Below, piece by piece: positions 42,792 to 52,515 of a stretch of DNA of 64,000 nt; within the stretch, counting starts at the first letter, position 1; each line of letters starts with the position of its first letter. The position numbers and the translations under genes were made by a program. This DNA comes from Hyphomicrobiales bacterium (GTDB lineage: Bacteria > Pseudomonadota > Alphaproteobacteria > Rhizobiales > TMED25): the NCBI GenBank assembly GCA_029245795.1, contig JAQWOP010000018.1, forward strand, positions 44,733-108,732. Reading direction: 5' to 3'. Under the pieces are notes generated by a model. The model ran no database searches. It worked only from the letters and a program-made list of their open reading frames with translations, and had not been told where the DNA came from.

Positions 42792-43562
42792 ATGACTAAA
42801 AAAACTAAATTAGAAGGCAAGGTTGCTTTGGTAACTGGTTCTGCACAGGGTCTGGGTGAAGCAATATTAAAAGAATTCGTATACGAGGGCGCTTCAACTA
42901 TTCTTCTTGATTTAAATCGAAAAGAAGCCAATAAGGTTAAAAGAGAAATAGAAGAAAGCAATAATACGACTGAGGTATTGATTGTCGATGTATGTGACTC
43001 CAAGTCTGTAAATATTGCTATTGATAATGTGATAAAGAAATATAAAAAAATTGATATTCTTGTAAATGCTGTTGGTGGGTTTCATAATTTTGATAAGATA
43101 AAGGATATAACTGATGAAGAGTGGCATAAAGTTATAAATATTAATTTAAACTCAGCTTTTTATTGTACTAGGGCGGTAATGAAATATATGGAAGAAAGTA
43201 GGACTGGTAGAATAATAAATATATCTTCAGGAGCGGGTATTGCGCCTAATCCTCATGCTCCATCTTATGTTCCATATGGAGCTGCTAAGGCAGGGTTATT
43301 AGGAATGACTAAACTTTTGGCAAGAGATGCGGGGGAGTTTGGTATAACCGTGAATGCAATTGCACCTGGAACAGCTTTAACACCAAGAGTAAAAAAAGTT
43401 AGAGATCCCGAAAGTATTGCGAATATTGCAAAAATGAATCCTCTAAAAAATATAATAGAACCAATTGATTGTGCAAAAGCTGCAGTATTTTTAGCGTCTG
43501 ATGATGCAAGGTATGTTACAGGAATAACAATGATGGTAAATGCAGGTAATCTGATATTTTAA
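42792..43562 (+). CDS. SDR oxidoreductase, FabG-like
   Basis: TGSAQGLG, LVNAVG, NISS, YGAAK, NAIAPG; ATG at 42792 preferred. Confidence 0.88.
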   Translation: MTKKTKLEGKVALVTGSAQGLGEAILKEFVYEGASTILLDLNRKEANKVKREIEESNNTTEVLIVDVCDSKSVNIAIDNVIKKYKKIDILVNAVGGFHNFDKIKDITDEEWHKVININLNSAFYCTRAVMKYMEESRTGRIINISSGAGIAPNPHAPSYVPYGAAKAGLLGMTKLLARDAGEFGITVNAIAPGTALTPRVKKVRDPESIANIAKMNPLKNIIEPIDCAKAAVFLASDDARYVTGITMMVNAGNLIF

Positions 43563-43573
43563 GTTTCTTGTTA

Positions 43574-44566
43574 TTATAGTTCTACCCATTTCTTTTTTAG
43601 AATAGATTGATTAATTGCTTCAAGAATAGCAACATTTTCTATTTTTTCTTGATCAGTAAATCTATAGGATCCTTTGTTCAAGATAGCTAAAGACCACTCT
43701 TCAATATTACTTTTAATTGTATCTATTGCAGGGTAAAATTCTTTTATAGGAGCTTCCCCAATTCTACATGTTGTAAGTTCGGTTTCGGCCTTAAACATGG
43801 GATGTTTTAGATCCCTGACTTCTGTCCACATATTATCACCAAAAGCAGTTAATCTGCAATAATATGGCGTTTTTGAGACAACTGATAACTGACCAGTTGC
43901 TCCATTCTTAAATTTCATCAAGACAACACACAAGTCGCCTGTTTCAAAACCTAAGACTCTATTAGAAGATTGAGCAAAAAGACCTTCAACACTTCCAAAC
44001 ATAGATAAAAATAAATCTGTCATATGAACCCCCGTACCAGTCATTCCGCCCGCAGGAGCCTCACTATTGGAACCGCGCCAATTATTAGAGTCTAGAGCGG
44101 CAAGAATATCATGTGACCAATTAGCTTCAATATGCATTTTTTCACCAAAAATTTTACTATTAATGGTTTTTTTAAACTTTTCCATAGCGGGATCAAATCT
44201 TCTTTCATGTCCAATTCCTAATATTATTTTAGATTTTTTGGCAGCTTGGATCATTATCTGAGCTGACTCTTTTTTCAAGGTCATTGGTTTTTCACAAAAA
44301 ACTTGTTTTTTTGAGTCTATTGCTTGCAAAACTTGTTCTTCGTGCTGAGTGTTTGGCGTACATATTATAACGGCATCAATTTTACTATCACTCAGAAGTT
44401 CAGCGTATGTGTCATAGAATTTTATTCTATGTTGTTCTAGAAATTGACTATGCTTTTCTTTGGACTTTGAGGAAGCTGCTGTCACTTGAATTAGATTACT
44501 GTTCTCCAGAGTTTTGATAATATGTTTTCCCCACCAACCCAAGCCTAAAATAGCTGCATTTAACAT
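43574..44566 (-). CDS. Gfo/Idh/MocA family oxidoreductase
   Basis: GLGWWG, DAVIICTPN..H, CEKP, GH.RRF, G.H.TD. Confidence 0.9.
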   Translation of the reverse strand: MLNAAILGLGWWGKHIIKTLENSNLIQVTAASSKSKEKHSQFLEQHRIKFYDTYAELLSDSKIDAVIICTPNTQHEEQVLQAIDSKKQVFCEKPMTLKKESAQIMIQAAKKSKIILGIGHERRFDPAMEKFKKTINSKIFGEKMHIEANWSHDILAALDSNNWRGSNSEAPAGGMTGTGVHMTDLFLSMFGSVEGLFAQSSNRVLGFETGDLCVVLMKFKNGATGQLSVVSKTPYYCRLTAFGDNMWTEVRDLKHPMFKAETELTTCRIGEAPIKEFYPAIDTIKSNIEEWSLAILNKGSYRFTDQEKIENVAILEAINQSILKKKWVEL

Positions 44567-44663
44567 TTTTTTTATCCGATCTAATAAATAACTTAATTGT
44601 TTTTGTTAAAGATAATATACTATAATAAGTTACTATATCTATCAATTATGTCGGAGATTTAAG

Positions 44664-45704
44664 ATGAAAGCATTGGTTTTAGAGTCAAAGGGGGCTCCAT
44701 TTGTATATAAGGATGTAAGTGATCCAAAACCTAATGATAACGAGGCGGTTGCGAAAGTTATTGCCTGTGGTTCAGGTCTTACAATTCAACATGTAAGAGC
44801 AGGTAGAATAAAAGTAGATTATCCCAGAATAATTGGACATGAAATTACAGCAATTATTGAAGAGGTTGGAAAGAATGTAACGAATGTTAAGGTGGGAGAT
44901 GCCGTAACTGCCTATTTTTACTTAACTTGCGGTTACTGTCAGTGGTGTAGAAATAATCGAGAAACTTTATGTGAAAATTTTGGTGGGTATGTAGGTAGAG
45001 AAGTAGACGGAGCTTATGCTGAGTTCATGAAACTGCCGTCTGAGAATTTCTTAAAAATACCTGAACAATTAGATTGGAAAAAGTCACCTGCGGAAATTGC
45101 AGTGATCTGTGATGCCATTGCTACACCTTATAAGGTTATTAGGCATGCTTCTATTAAGACCCATGATACAGTAGCTATAATGGGAGCTGGAGGTGGTTTA
45201 GGGATCCATATGATTATGATGGCAAAATGGGCTCATAGTAATGTTATTGCTGTAGATGTTGCTAGTGATAAGTTTGAGGCATGCAAAAAAGCCGGTGCAG
45301 ATATTTGCATAAATCCAAGAGAACATAATGATAATCAAGCTTTTTTTGAATACACAAAAGGAAAAGGTGTTGATGTCGTAATTGATTTTGTGTCTAGCTC
45401 AGCATCTTTAAATCTAGGATTCTCAATTTTGGGCAGAGGAGGACGTCTTGTAACTCTTGGTGGTGGGGGTGGAAATCAGAATGTAGTCAATGCTAATTCT
45501 ATAGATTTATTGAATAAAGAAGCAATAATAATGGGAAGCCGTTATGCAACAAAGCAAGAAGTAATTGATTCACTGGAATTAGTAGCAAGAGGTGATGTTT
45601 GGCCCTTAGTAACGGATATAAGGGAGATGAAGGAAGCGGAAGAACTTCATTCTCTTGTTGAAGAAGCAAAGATTACGGGTCGAGCAGCTTTACTAATTAA
45701 ATAA
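44664..45704 (+). CDS. Zinc-type MDR alcohol dehydrogenase family, atypical active site
   Basis: GHE, CGYCQWC...LC structural Zn site, GAGGGLG; catalytic Cys position is Gly. Confidence 0.85.
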   Translation: MKALVLESKGAPFVYKDVSDPKPNDNEAVAKVIACGSGLTIQHVRAGRIKVDYPRIIGHEITAIIEEVGKNVTNVKVGDAVTAYFYLTCGYCQWCRNNRETLCENFGGYVGREVDGAYAEFMKLPSENFLKIPEQLDWKKSPAEIAVICDAIATPYKVIRHASIKTHDTVAIMGAGGGLGIHMIMMAKWAHSNVIAVDVASDKFEACKKAGADICINPREHNDNQAFFEYTKGKGVDVVIDFVSSSASLNLGFSILGRGGRLVTLGGGGGNQNVVNANSIDLLNKEAIIMGSRYATKQEVIDSLELVARGDVWPLVTDIREMKEAEELHSLVEEAKITGRAALLIK

Positions 45705-45707
45705 AAA

Positions 45708-46175
45708 ATGGGGAAAATAATGAGTGAACTAAAAGTTTATCTATCTGGGGAAATTCATACAAATTGGAGAGACCAAATAATGAGTATCGCAAAGAGTAAA
45801 AATTTAAACGTAACCTTTACAAGTCCTGTAACAAACCATGAAAATAGTGATGATTGTGGTGTGAGCATATTAGGGAATGAGGATAAATCTTTTTGGCATG
45901 ATCATAAGGGGGCAAAGATTAATGCAATACGAACTCGTAACCATATTAAAAATGCAGATATAGTAGTGGTGAGATTCGGTGAGAAATACAAACAATGGAA
46001 TGCTGCATTTGATGCAGGTTATGCTGTAGGATTGAACAAACCACTAATAGTAATGCATAATGAAGAACATTCACACGCTTTAAAAGAAGTGGATGGGGCT
46101 AGTTTAGCAGTAACATCAGATCCAGAGCAAGTCGTCAGAATTATTGATTATGTTATAAATGGTACTTTAGATTAG
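45708..46175 (+). CDS. YtoQ family protein (nucleoside 2-deoxyribosyltransferase-like fold)
   Basis: VYLSGEIHT.WR, H..SDDCG, INAIRT, KYKQWNAAFDAG, HALKEVD. Confidence 0.9.
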   Translation: MGKIMSELKVYLSGEIHTNWRDQIMSIAKSKNLNVTFTSPVTNHENSDDCGVSILGNEDKSFWHDHKGAKINAIRTRNHIKNADIVVVRFGEKYKQWNAAFDAGYAVGLNKPLIVMHNEEHSHALKEVDGASLAVTSDPEQVVRIIDYVINGTLD

Positions 46176-46184
46176 AATATATTT

Positions 46185-46967
46185 TTATGATTTGTCCCAT
46201 TTTTTTAGGATAAATTGAGAGATTATCTCAAGTGATTTATGAAAAATTATTCCAATTATAGCAAGCAAAAATAGACAGGCAAACATACGAGATATATTTA
46301 GACGGTACCCAGCCTCTAGTATTCTAAAAGCTAGTCCTGAATTGCTTCCTCCAGAACCGGCTGCAAATTCTGCAACGATTGCTCCAATAAGCGAAAGACC
46401 TGCAGCTATTTTTAATCCAGTAACAATGCTAGGAATAGAACTTGGTATCCTGAGATATAAAAGAGTTTTATATTTTGTAGCATTATAAAGTTTAAATAAA
46501 TCAATTAATTCTCTATTTATTGCGTTTAAACCAAACATTGTATTTGTAAGAACGGGGAAAAAAGCTACAAGCCACACACAAATTAATAATGCTATATAAG
46601 TGCTTTCAACATATATAATGATAAGAGGTGAGATTGCGATTATAGGGGTTACTTGAAGAATTACTGCAAGTGGTAATAGTGTGTTTTGAAGAGTCTTGGA
46701 ATAACTTAATAATAACGCAATAGATATTCCGCCTAACCCAGCTAGAATGAAACCTACAAAAGCTATTTCAAGTGTGTTGACCATAGAAGGGAAAAGCATA
46801 GACCAGTCATCTATTAATGTTGCAAAGATAAAGGTTGGTGTCGGTAAAATGTAATGAGGGGTTTCAGTGATCTTTACAAAAATTTCCCAGATAACGAATA
46901 TTAATATCAGTAGAAGTATTGGTAGGAAAGAGGCTAAATATTTTTTTTTAAATGTTAATTTACTCAT
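46185..46967 (-). CDS. ABC transporter permease, NitT/TauT family
   Basis: ILPTP, LQVTPIIAISPL, EAA-like loop, SLIGAIVAEF. Confidence 0.9.
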   Translation of the reverse strand: MSKLTFKKKYLASFLPILLLILIFVIWEIFVKITETPHYILPTPTFIFATLIDDWSMLFPSMVNTLEIAFVGFILAGLGGISIALLLSYSKTLQNTLLPLAVILQVTPIIAISPLIIIYVESTYIALLICVWLVAFFPVLTNTMFGLNAINRELIDLFKLYNATKYKTLLYLRIPSSIPSIVTGLKIAAGLSLIGAIVAEFAAGSGGSNSGLAFRILEAGYRLNISRMFACLFLLAIIGIIFHKSLEIISQFILKKWDKS

Positions 46968-47979
46968 TCAGTCCTTCGTTAGGATATAATAATTTTTCTT
47001 TAATATCCAAACCTATACTATCACCAATAAATTGATTTGAAAAAACTTCTTCAATATCCATAAGTTCATTTACAACGCCATTTTTTGACATTTTATCATA
47101 AAAGCTTCTTATTCTATTTAATGAAATGTATCCTATACCATTTTCTATGGTGTCACCAGAGTCAACAATTCCATATTTTTTTAGATTTTTAATAGAATAA
47201 TATATTTTATCATCAGTCATTTCTGGATTTTCAAATTTTATTAGGTCATTGGCTTTCTTGGAATCTCCGTACAAGTAATTATTCCAGCCAATAATTGAAG
47301 CATCAATAAAGCATTTAATTTCATCATTTTTATTTACTATTGTATCTTCCATAACCTCAATTGTTGATGAGTATGTCTCAAAACCATGGTCTGCAAGCAA
47401 GAATATATTTGGCTCTGAGCCAATTTCTTTTTCTATTACATAAGGTTCGGAAGTTAAGTAACCTTGTTGAGCTGAATCCACATTAGCAAGAAATGGTGCA
47501 GAATTATATGAATAAGGCCTTCTTTTTTCGGATGAAAAACCATGTTCATTTTCCATCCATTTAAAAAATGTGATGAGACCAAGATCACTAATATAAATAG
47601 GAGATAATTCTTTCAAATCTTTCCATTTTTTATAATCACTATATGGATGAGACATAATTATTTGGGGATCTTTCTGAAAAAAAGCGCCAATGATTTTTAT
47701 TGGAATATTTGCGGCGCGTGAATTTATAAGCTGTATTAAATTTCCGCCCATATATAAATCAATTTTACCAGTTATTAGCTTGGCTCTATTATTTGCTCCA
47801 GGTCCCCCTTGAATTATTTCAACTTGGATACCACATTTTTCATATTCTTTATCAGCTATTGCTTGATAAAAGCCACCGTGTTCGGGTTGAGCTACCCAAT
47901 TTGTTGCAAATATTAATTTTTCATTTGCAAAACTAAGGTTAGGCAATAAAAAAATAAATAAAAATATAAATTTTTTCAT
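46960..47979 (-). CDS. ABC substrate-binding protein, NMT1/THI5-like
   Basis: Signal peptide from the ATG at 47979 (MKKFIF...SFA), TNWVAQPEHGGFYQA, FQKDPQ, QQGYLTSEP. Confidence 0.88.
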   Translation of the reverse strand: MKKFIFLFIFLLPNLSFANEKLIFATNWVAQPEHGGFYQAIADKEYEKCGIQVEIIQGGPGANNRAKLITGKIDLYMGGNLIQLINSRAANIPIKIIGAFFQKDPQIIMSHPYSDYKKWKDLKELSPIYISDLGLITFFKWMENEHGFSSEKRRPYSYNSAPFLANVDSAQQGYLTSEPYVIEKEIGSEPNIFLLADHGFETYSSTIEVMEDTIVNKNDEIKCFIDASIIGWNNYLYGDSKKANDLIKFENPEMTDDKIYYSIKNLKKYGIVDSGDTIENGIGYISLNRIRSFYDKMSKNGVVNELMDIEEVFSNQFIGDSIGLDIKEKLLYPNEGLNE

Positions 47980-48164
47980 TTTATGTTTGATTTGTGTTTG
48001 TTTGTTATTAAGATTTATAAAATACAATATAGTTATTTTATGTTAAATTACAAATTCATATGTAAGAAATTATCAAATTTTTTTTAAGACAAGAATAGTA
48101 TTAATATGTATGTATTACCTATAATAGCTCCATTAGTAACTTTTTTAGCGGAAAAGAATTTTAT

Positions 48165-49082
48165 ATGTATATGTATCTACCAATAGCTGAAGTATCAGTT
48201 AATATATTTATAGTATTTGGTATGGGCGGTGCAGTCGGGATATTGTCGGGTATGTTTGGGGTAGGGGGAGGTTTTTTAATGACGCCGCTACTTATATTTT
48301 ATGGAATTCCGCCTATTGTGGCAGTTGCCACAGAAGCAAATCAGATTGTTGCCTCATCTATATCCGGAGCATATGCTCATTGGAGAAGATCTGCGGTGGA
48401 CGTAAAAATGGCGACAGTTCTCTTTTTGGGAGGAGTTATAGGCTCATTTGTGGGTATTAAATTATTTGTTTTTCTAAAAAACATAGGTCAAATTGATCTT
48501 ATCATTTCACTGTCATATGTAGTATTACTTGGAATAATCGGCACATTAACTTTCATTGAAGGAATAAGGTCGATAATTACACAGCAGAGCTCATCCTCAA
48601 AAAAAGTTAAAAGAGGGAAAGAAAGGCCCTGGATCTATAGTCTTCCTTTGCGAATAAGATTTAACAAATCAGGACTCTATATAAGCATTATTCCACCTAT
48701 TGTTATTGGCTTTTTTGTAGGAATACTTGCATCTATAATGGGAGTTGGAGGTGGTTTCATTATGGTACCTGCAATGATATATCTATTAAGGATGCCTACG
48801 AATGTTGTTATTGGCACTTCATTATTTCAAATAATATTTGTTACTAGCTTAGTTACGGTTCTTCATGCTTATGAGAATCAAACTGTTGATATCATGTTAG
48901 CATTAATATTGATGAGTGGTGGTGTTGTTGGTGCTCAGATAGGAGCAGCCCTAGGACATAAATTAAAAGCTGAACAACTAAGGTTCATGTTAGGGATCTT
49001 AATTCTAATAGTTTGTATTAAAATCTTAACTGAATTAGTGATTGAGCCGCAAGACTTGTTGATAATAACCGACATAATATAA
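48165..49082 (+). CDS. Sulfite exporter TauE/SafE family membrane protein
   Basis: YLPIAE, two G.GGGF repeats, GTSLFQI; paired with TIGR02186. Confidence 0.92.
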   Translation: MYMYLPIAEVSVNIFIVFGMGGAVGILSGMFGVGGGFLMTPLLIFYGIPPIVAVATEANQIVASSISGAYAHWRRSAVDVKMATVLFLGGVIGSFVGIKLFVFLKNIGQIDLIISLSYVVLLGIIGTLTFIEGIRSIITQQSSSSKKVKRGKERPWIYSLPLRIRFNKSGLYISIIPPIVIGFFVGILASIMGVGGGFIMVPAMIYLLRMPTNVVIGTSLFQIIFVTSLVTVLHAYENQTVDIMLALILMSGGVVGAQIGAALGHKLKAEQLRFMLGILILIVCIKILTELVIEPQDLLIITDII

Positions 49083-49837
49083 TGAAAAAAATAACTATCT
49101 ATCTGATTTCAATATTTATAATAATTATGCAATACTCATTTTCTAATGCTACTGAGCGTAACTTAATAACGCAGATCGATGATCCGCATATCCAAATTGG
49201 TTCAAATTTCTTTGGAGGTGAGCTTCTCGTATTCGGAGCAATCAGTGGAAGAGATTTATTAAATTCTGACATAATAATAAAAGTTGAAGGCAAAGAAAAA
49301 AAGGCCACAATTAGAGAAAAAATAAAAAAATATGGTATTTGGATAAATGATAAGGCTACTTTAGTCGAAGGGATACCAAATTTTTATGCAGTTCATAGCA
49401 ATCGAAATATAAATAGGATTATAGATAAAGAATTTTTGGTTCAAGAAGAGATTGGGGTGCAGAATATTAAATTTAAAAGTCAAATTGATAGTGGCCAGTT
49501 GGAGTATATCTATGATGCTATAAAAAAGAAAAATAAGGAAAATAGTATTTTTACTGAGAATTTCACTGGTATCAGAATTATTGGGAATAAATTATTTAGA
49601 TCTTCGATCCAATTACCAATGGATATTAAAGAAGGTACTTATGAGGTTTCTATATTCTTTTTTGAAGATCAAGTTCTAATAGATAGTGATATTTCTAATA
49701 TTTTTGTAAACAAAACTCTTGCTGGTAAATATATATACACACAAGCCAATGAAAAGCCTTTATTATATGGTATTATCGCAGTTATAATAGCTTGGTTTGC
49801 AGGACTAATCATTGTGGGCTTAGCAAGGGTCACTTAA
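49082..49837 (+). CDS. TIGR02186 family protein
   Basis: I.SNF.G.ELLVFGAI, GIWIN, P.FY, LFR..I.LP, C-terminal PLLYG TM helix. Confidence 0.85.
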   Translation: MKKITIYLISIFIIIMQYSFSNATERNLITQIDDPHIQIGSNFFGGELLVFGAISGRDLLNSDIIIKVEGKEKKATIREKIKKYGIWINDKATLVEGIPNFYAVHSNRNINRIIDKEFLVQEEIGVQNIKFKSQIDSGQLEYIYDAIKKKNKENSIFTENFTGIRIIGNKLFRSSIQLPMDIKEGTYEVSIFFFEDQVLIDSDISNIFVNKTLAGKYIYTQANEKPLLYGIIAVIIAWFAGLIIVGLARVT

Positions 49838-49853
49838 ATCCTTGTTGGAAGGT

Positions 49854-50897
49854 TTATTTCACCTCAGTCCCGATTATCTCTTGAATGGAGTGTACTCCTT
49901 CTGTCTCCATTTTCTTAATCAAATTTCTTTTGAGATTACTAATTAGATTTGGACCTTCGTAAACAAGAGATGTATATAGCTGCACTAAAGAAGCACCACA
50001 TTTTATTTTCTTCAATATATCATCTGCGGAAGAGATCCCTCCAACTCCAATGAGAGGAATTTTACCTTCACTTATGATATAGGCGTCTTTTAGCATCTTA
50101 GTAGATTGACTCATGAGGGGATGCCCAGATAAACCACCCAACTCTTCCTTAAATTTTGTATTTTTTAGGTTATTCTTTTTTGTAGTTGTATTTGTTAAGA
50201 TTAATCCATCGATATTATTTTCTATAGATTTGTTTATGATATTTTCTAACTCTTTTTTAGATAATTCTGGCGCCAATTTAATTACAATAGGAGTTTTAAC
50301 AGACTCTTTCTTTATAGCACCAATGGACTGTAATAATTCGTTGATATTATCTCCAGTTTGTAAGTCTCTTAATCCTGGTGTATTTGGTGAAGATATATTG
50401 ATGGTCAAATAGTCAGCAATTTTATAGAACTTTTGTATACCAATCAAATAATCATTAATTTTATCTTTTGAGTCTTTGTTAGCTCCAATATTTATACCTA
50501 CTATTCCTTTCTTTTGTATTCTACTCAATCTCGAATACACATCATCCATGCCATCATTATTAAAGCCAAGCCTATTAATTATTGCTAGGTCCTCTTCTAA
50601 TCTAAAAACTCTTGGCTGTTTATTCCCAATTTGTTTCTTGGGTGTTACAGTTCCAACTTCTGTAAAACCAAAACCCGATTGCAATATTTGATTAGGTACT
50701 TCACCATTTTTATCGAAACCCGCAGCAAGTCCTATTGGGTTTTTGAATTTAATATCTAAAATTTCTTGTTGAAGTAGTTTCGAGTCATATTCTGAGGGTG
50801 GATGAATTCCAAGTTTTAGCGCAGATATAGCCAGCTTATGAGCTTTTTCTGGTTCAGTTAGAAATGCAATATTTCTTATTTTCTTATAGAAATTCAT
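49854..50897 (-). CDS. pyrD: Dihydroorotate dehydrogenase (quinone, class 2)
   Basis: GLAAGFDKN, NRLGFNN, NISSPNTPGLR, GGLSG. Confidence 0.97.
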   Translation of the reverse strand: MNFYKKIRNIAFLTEPEKAHKLAISALKLGIHPPSEYDSKLLQQEILDIKFKNPIGLAAGFDKNGEVPNQILQSGFGFTEVGTVTPKKQIGNKQPRVFRLEEDLAIINRLGFNNDGMDDVYSRLSRIQKKGIVGINIGANKDSKDKINDYLIGIQKFYKIADYLTINISSPNTPGLRDLQTGDNINELLQSIGAIKKESVKTPIVIKLAPELSKKELENIINKSIENNIDGLILTNTTTKKNNLKNTKFKEELGGLSGHPLMSQSTKMLKDAYIISEGKIPLIGVGGISSADDILKKIKCGASLVQLYTSLVYEGPNLISNLKRNLIKKMETEGVHSIQEIIGTEVK

Positions 50898-52482
50898 TAT
50901 TATTTATAAAATTTCCACTTAATGCGTTGTTAATTAGAATTTGAGTATTTTTGACTCCATATATAACTACAAATGAGCCAAATCGAGGCCCAGCTTTTTG
51001 CCCTAGCAATACTTCATATATTGAACTGAACCAATCTCTTAGGGGGTCAAAATTATTCTCTTTCCCAATTCTATATATCTCAGTTTGTATTATTTCAGGA
51101 TCTGATTCATTTTGGAAATCTTCGAGGCATTCATTTAATTGATTTAGAGCATTGATTTCTTTTGAATTTGCTAAACGATATTTTTTATTGGGTTTTACAA
51201 AATCATTAAAATAATTTATTGCATAGCCGATCATATCATCGATGACTTTATCATTATTTAATAGTAAATCACTTTTATAATAATTCTTTATGAAACCCCA
51301 CAAAATTTCTTTATTAATTGAGTTTGATGCGCTAACTAGATTTAATAGAAGAGAGAATTGTATTTCGGGATATTTTTTAGGAGGATTTCCATTATGAATA
51401 TGCCAAATAGGATTCTCAAAGATCGCTCCCTGGGTTTTATCTTCTAATTTAATGTAATTTTTAAGATGTGAATTATATTCATCCATATTCTTTGGGATGA
51501 CATCGAAATAAAGTCTCTTTGCCTTTCTTGGGGATTGATACATAAATAATGACAAACTCTCTTGAGATGCATATTTTAGCCAATCTTCTATAGCAATACC
51601 ATTCCCTCTTGACTTAGATATTTTTTCACCATTCTCATCCAGAAATAGTTCATAATTAAATCCTTCTGGAGGCTGACCTCCAATTGTTTTGCAAATTTGG
51701 CTACTTAATTTAACGGAGTCTATTAGATCTTTGCCAGACATTTCATAATTTATTTTTAGTGCTTTCCATCGCATTGCCCAATCTGCTCTCCATTGCAGTT
51801 TTACCTGTCCGTCTAGAATTCCAGTTTCAGTCTCTTTATTGCTATCTGGATTTGTATATAGAATTGTTTTTGTATCTATATCAATCTCATTTATCTTAAC
51901 TTGAAATACTGTTCCAGTATCTCTGCAGATTGGAAGAAATGGACTATAATTATAGCTTCTTTCTTTCCCAAGAATTGGTTTAACAATATCAATGATTTTC
52001 TGATGGTTATTTAAAATATCTAACAAGACTTGATTGAAGTAGCCCTTTTTATAGTATTCTGTAGAACTTATAAATTCATATTCAAAATTGAATTTATCAA
52101 GAAAATTCTTAAGTCTATTATTGTTATGCTCACCGAAACTATTATATTCACCAAATGGGTCTGGAACTTCAGTAAGAGGTTTGCCTATATAAAGACTTGT
52201 TTTCTCTTTGTTTGGTATATTATCAGGAACCTTTCGTAGGGCATCCATATCATCAGAAAAGCAAATTAATTTTGTTTTTATGGTGTTATTTGTAATTTCT
52301 TTAAAGGCATTTTGAACCATCATTGTTCTTGCTACTTCGCCAAAAGTACCAATATGTGGTAAACCCGACGGACCGTAGCCAGTTTCAAAAACTATTGTTT
52401 TATCAGTATTATTTCCTAATTTATCCAATAATTTTTGAGCTTCAACAAATGGCCAAGCTTTTATATTTCTATATTCTATCAT
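50884..52482 (-). CDS. lysS: Lysine-tRNA ligase, class I
   Basis: ETGYGPSGLPHIGT, KISKSRGN, GPRFG. Confidence 0.97.
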   Translation of the reverse strand: MIEYRNIKAWPFVEAQKLLDKLGNNTDKTIVFETGYGPSGLPHIGTFGEVARTMMVQNAFKEITNNTIKTKLICFSDDMDALRKVPDNIPNKEKTSLYIGKPLTEVPDPFGEYNSFGEHNNNRLKNFLDKFNFEYEFISSTEYYKKGYFNQVLLDILNNHQKIIDIVKPILGKERSYNYSPFLPICRDTGTVFQVKINEIDIDTKTILYTNPDSNKETETGILDGQVKLQWRADWAMRWKALKINYEMSGKDLIDSVKLSSQICKTIGGQPPEGFNYELFLDENGEKISKSRGNGIAIEDWLKYASQESLSLFMYQSPRKAKRLYFDVIPKNMDEYNSHLKNYIKLEDKTQGAIFENPIWHIHNGNPPKKYPEIQFSLLLNLVSASNSINKEILWGFIKNYYKSDLLLNNDKVIDDMIGYAINYFNDFVKPNKKYRLANSKEINALNQLNECLEDFQNESDPEIIQTEIYRIGKENNFDPLRDWFSSIYEVLLGQKAGPRFGSFVVIYGVKNTQILINNALSGNFINNNEFL

Positions 52483-52515
52483 ATTAAAAAATTAAATTAA
52501 CTTCTATACTATTTA

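Noticed and set aside
50884-52482. Class I (archaeal-type) lysyl-tRNA synthetase as a transfer event
   Set aside because: Class I LysRS is common in Alphaproteobacteria
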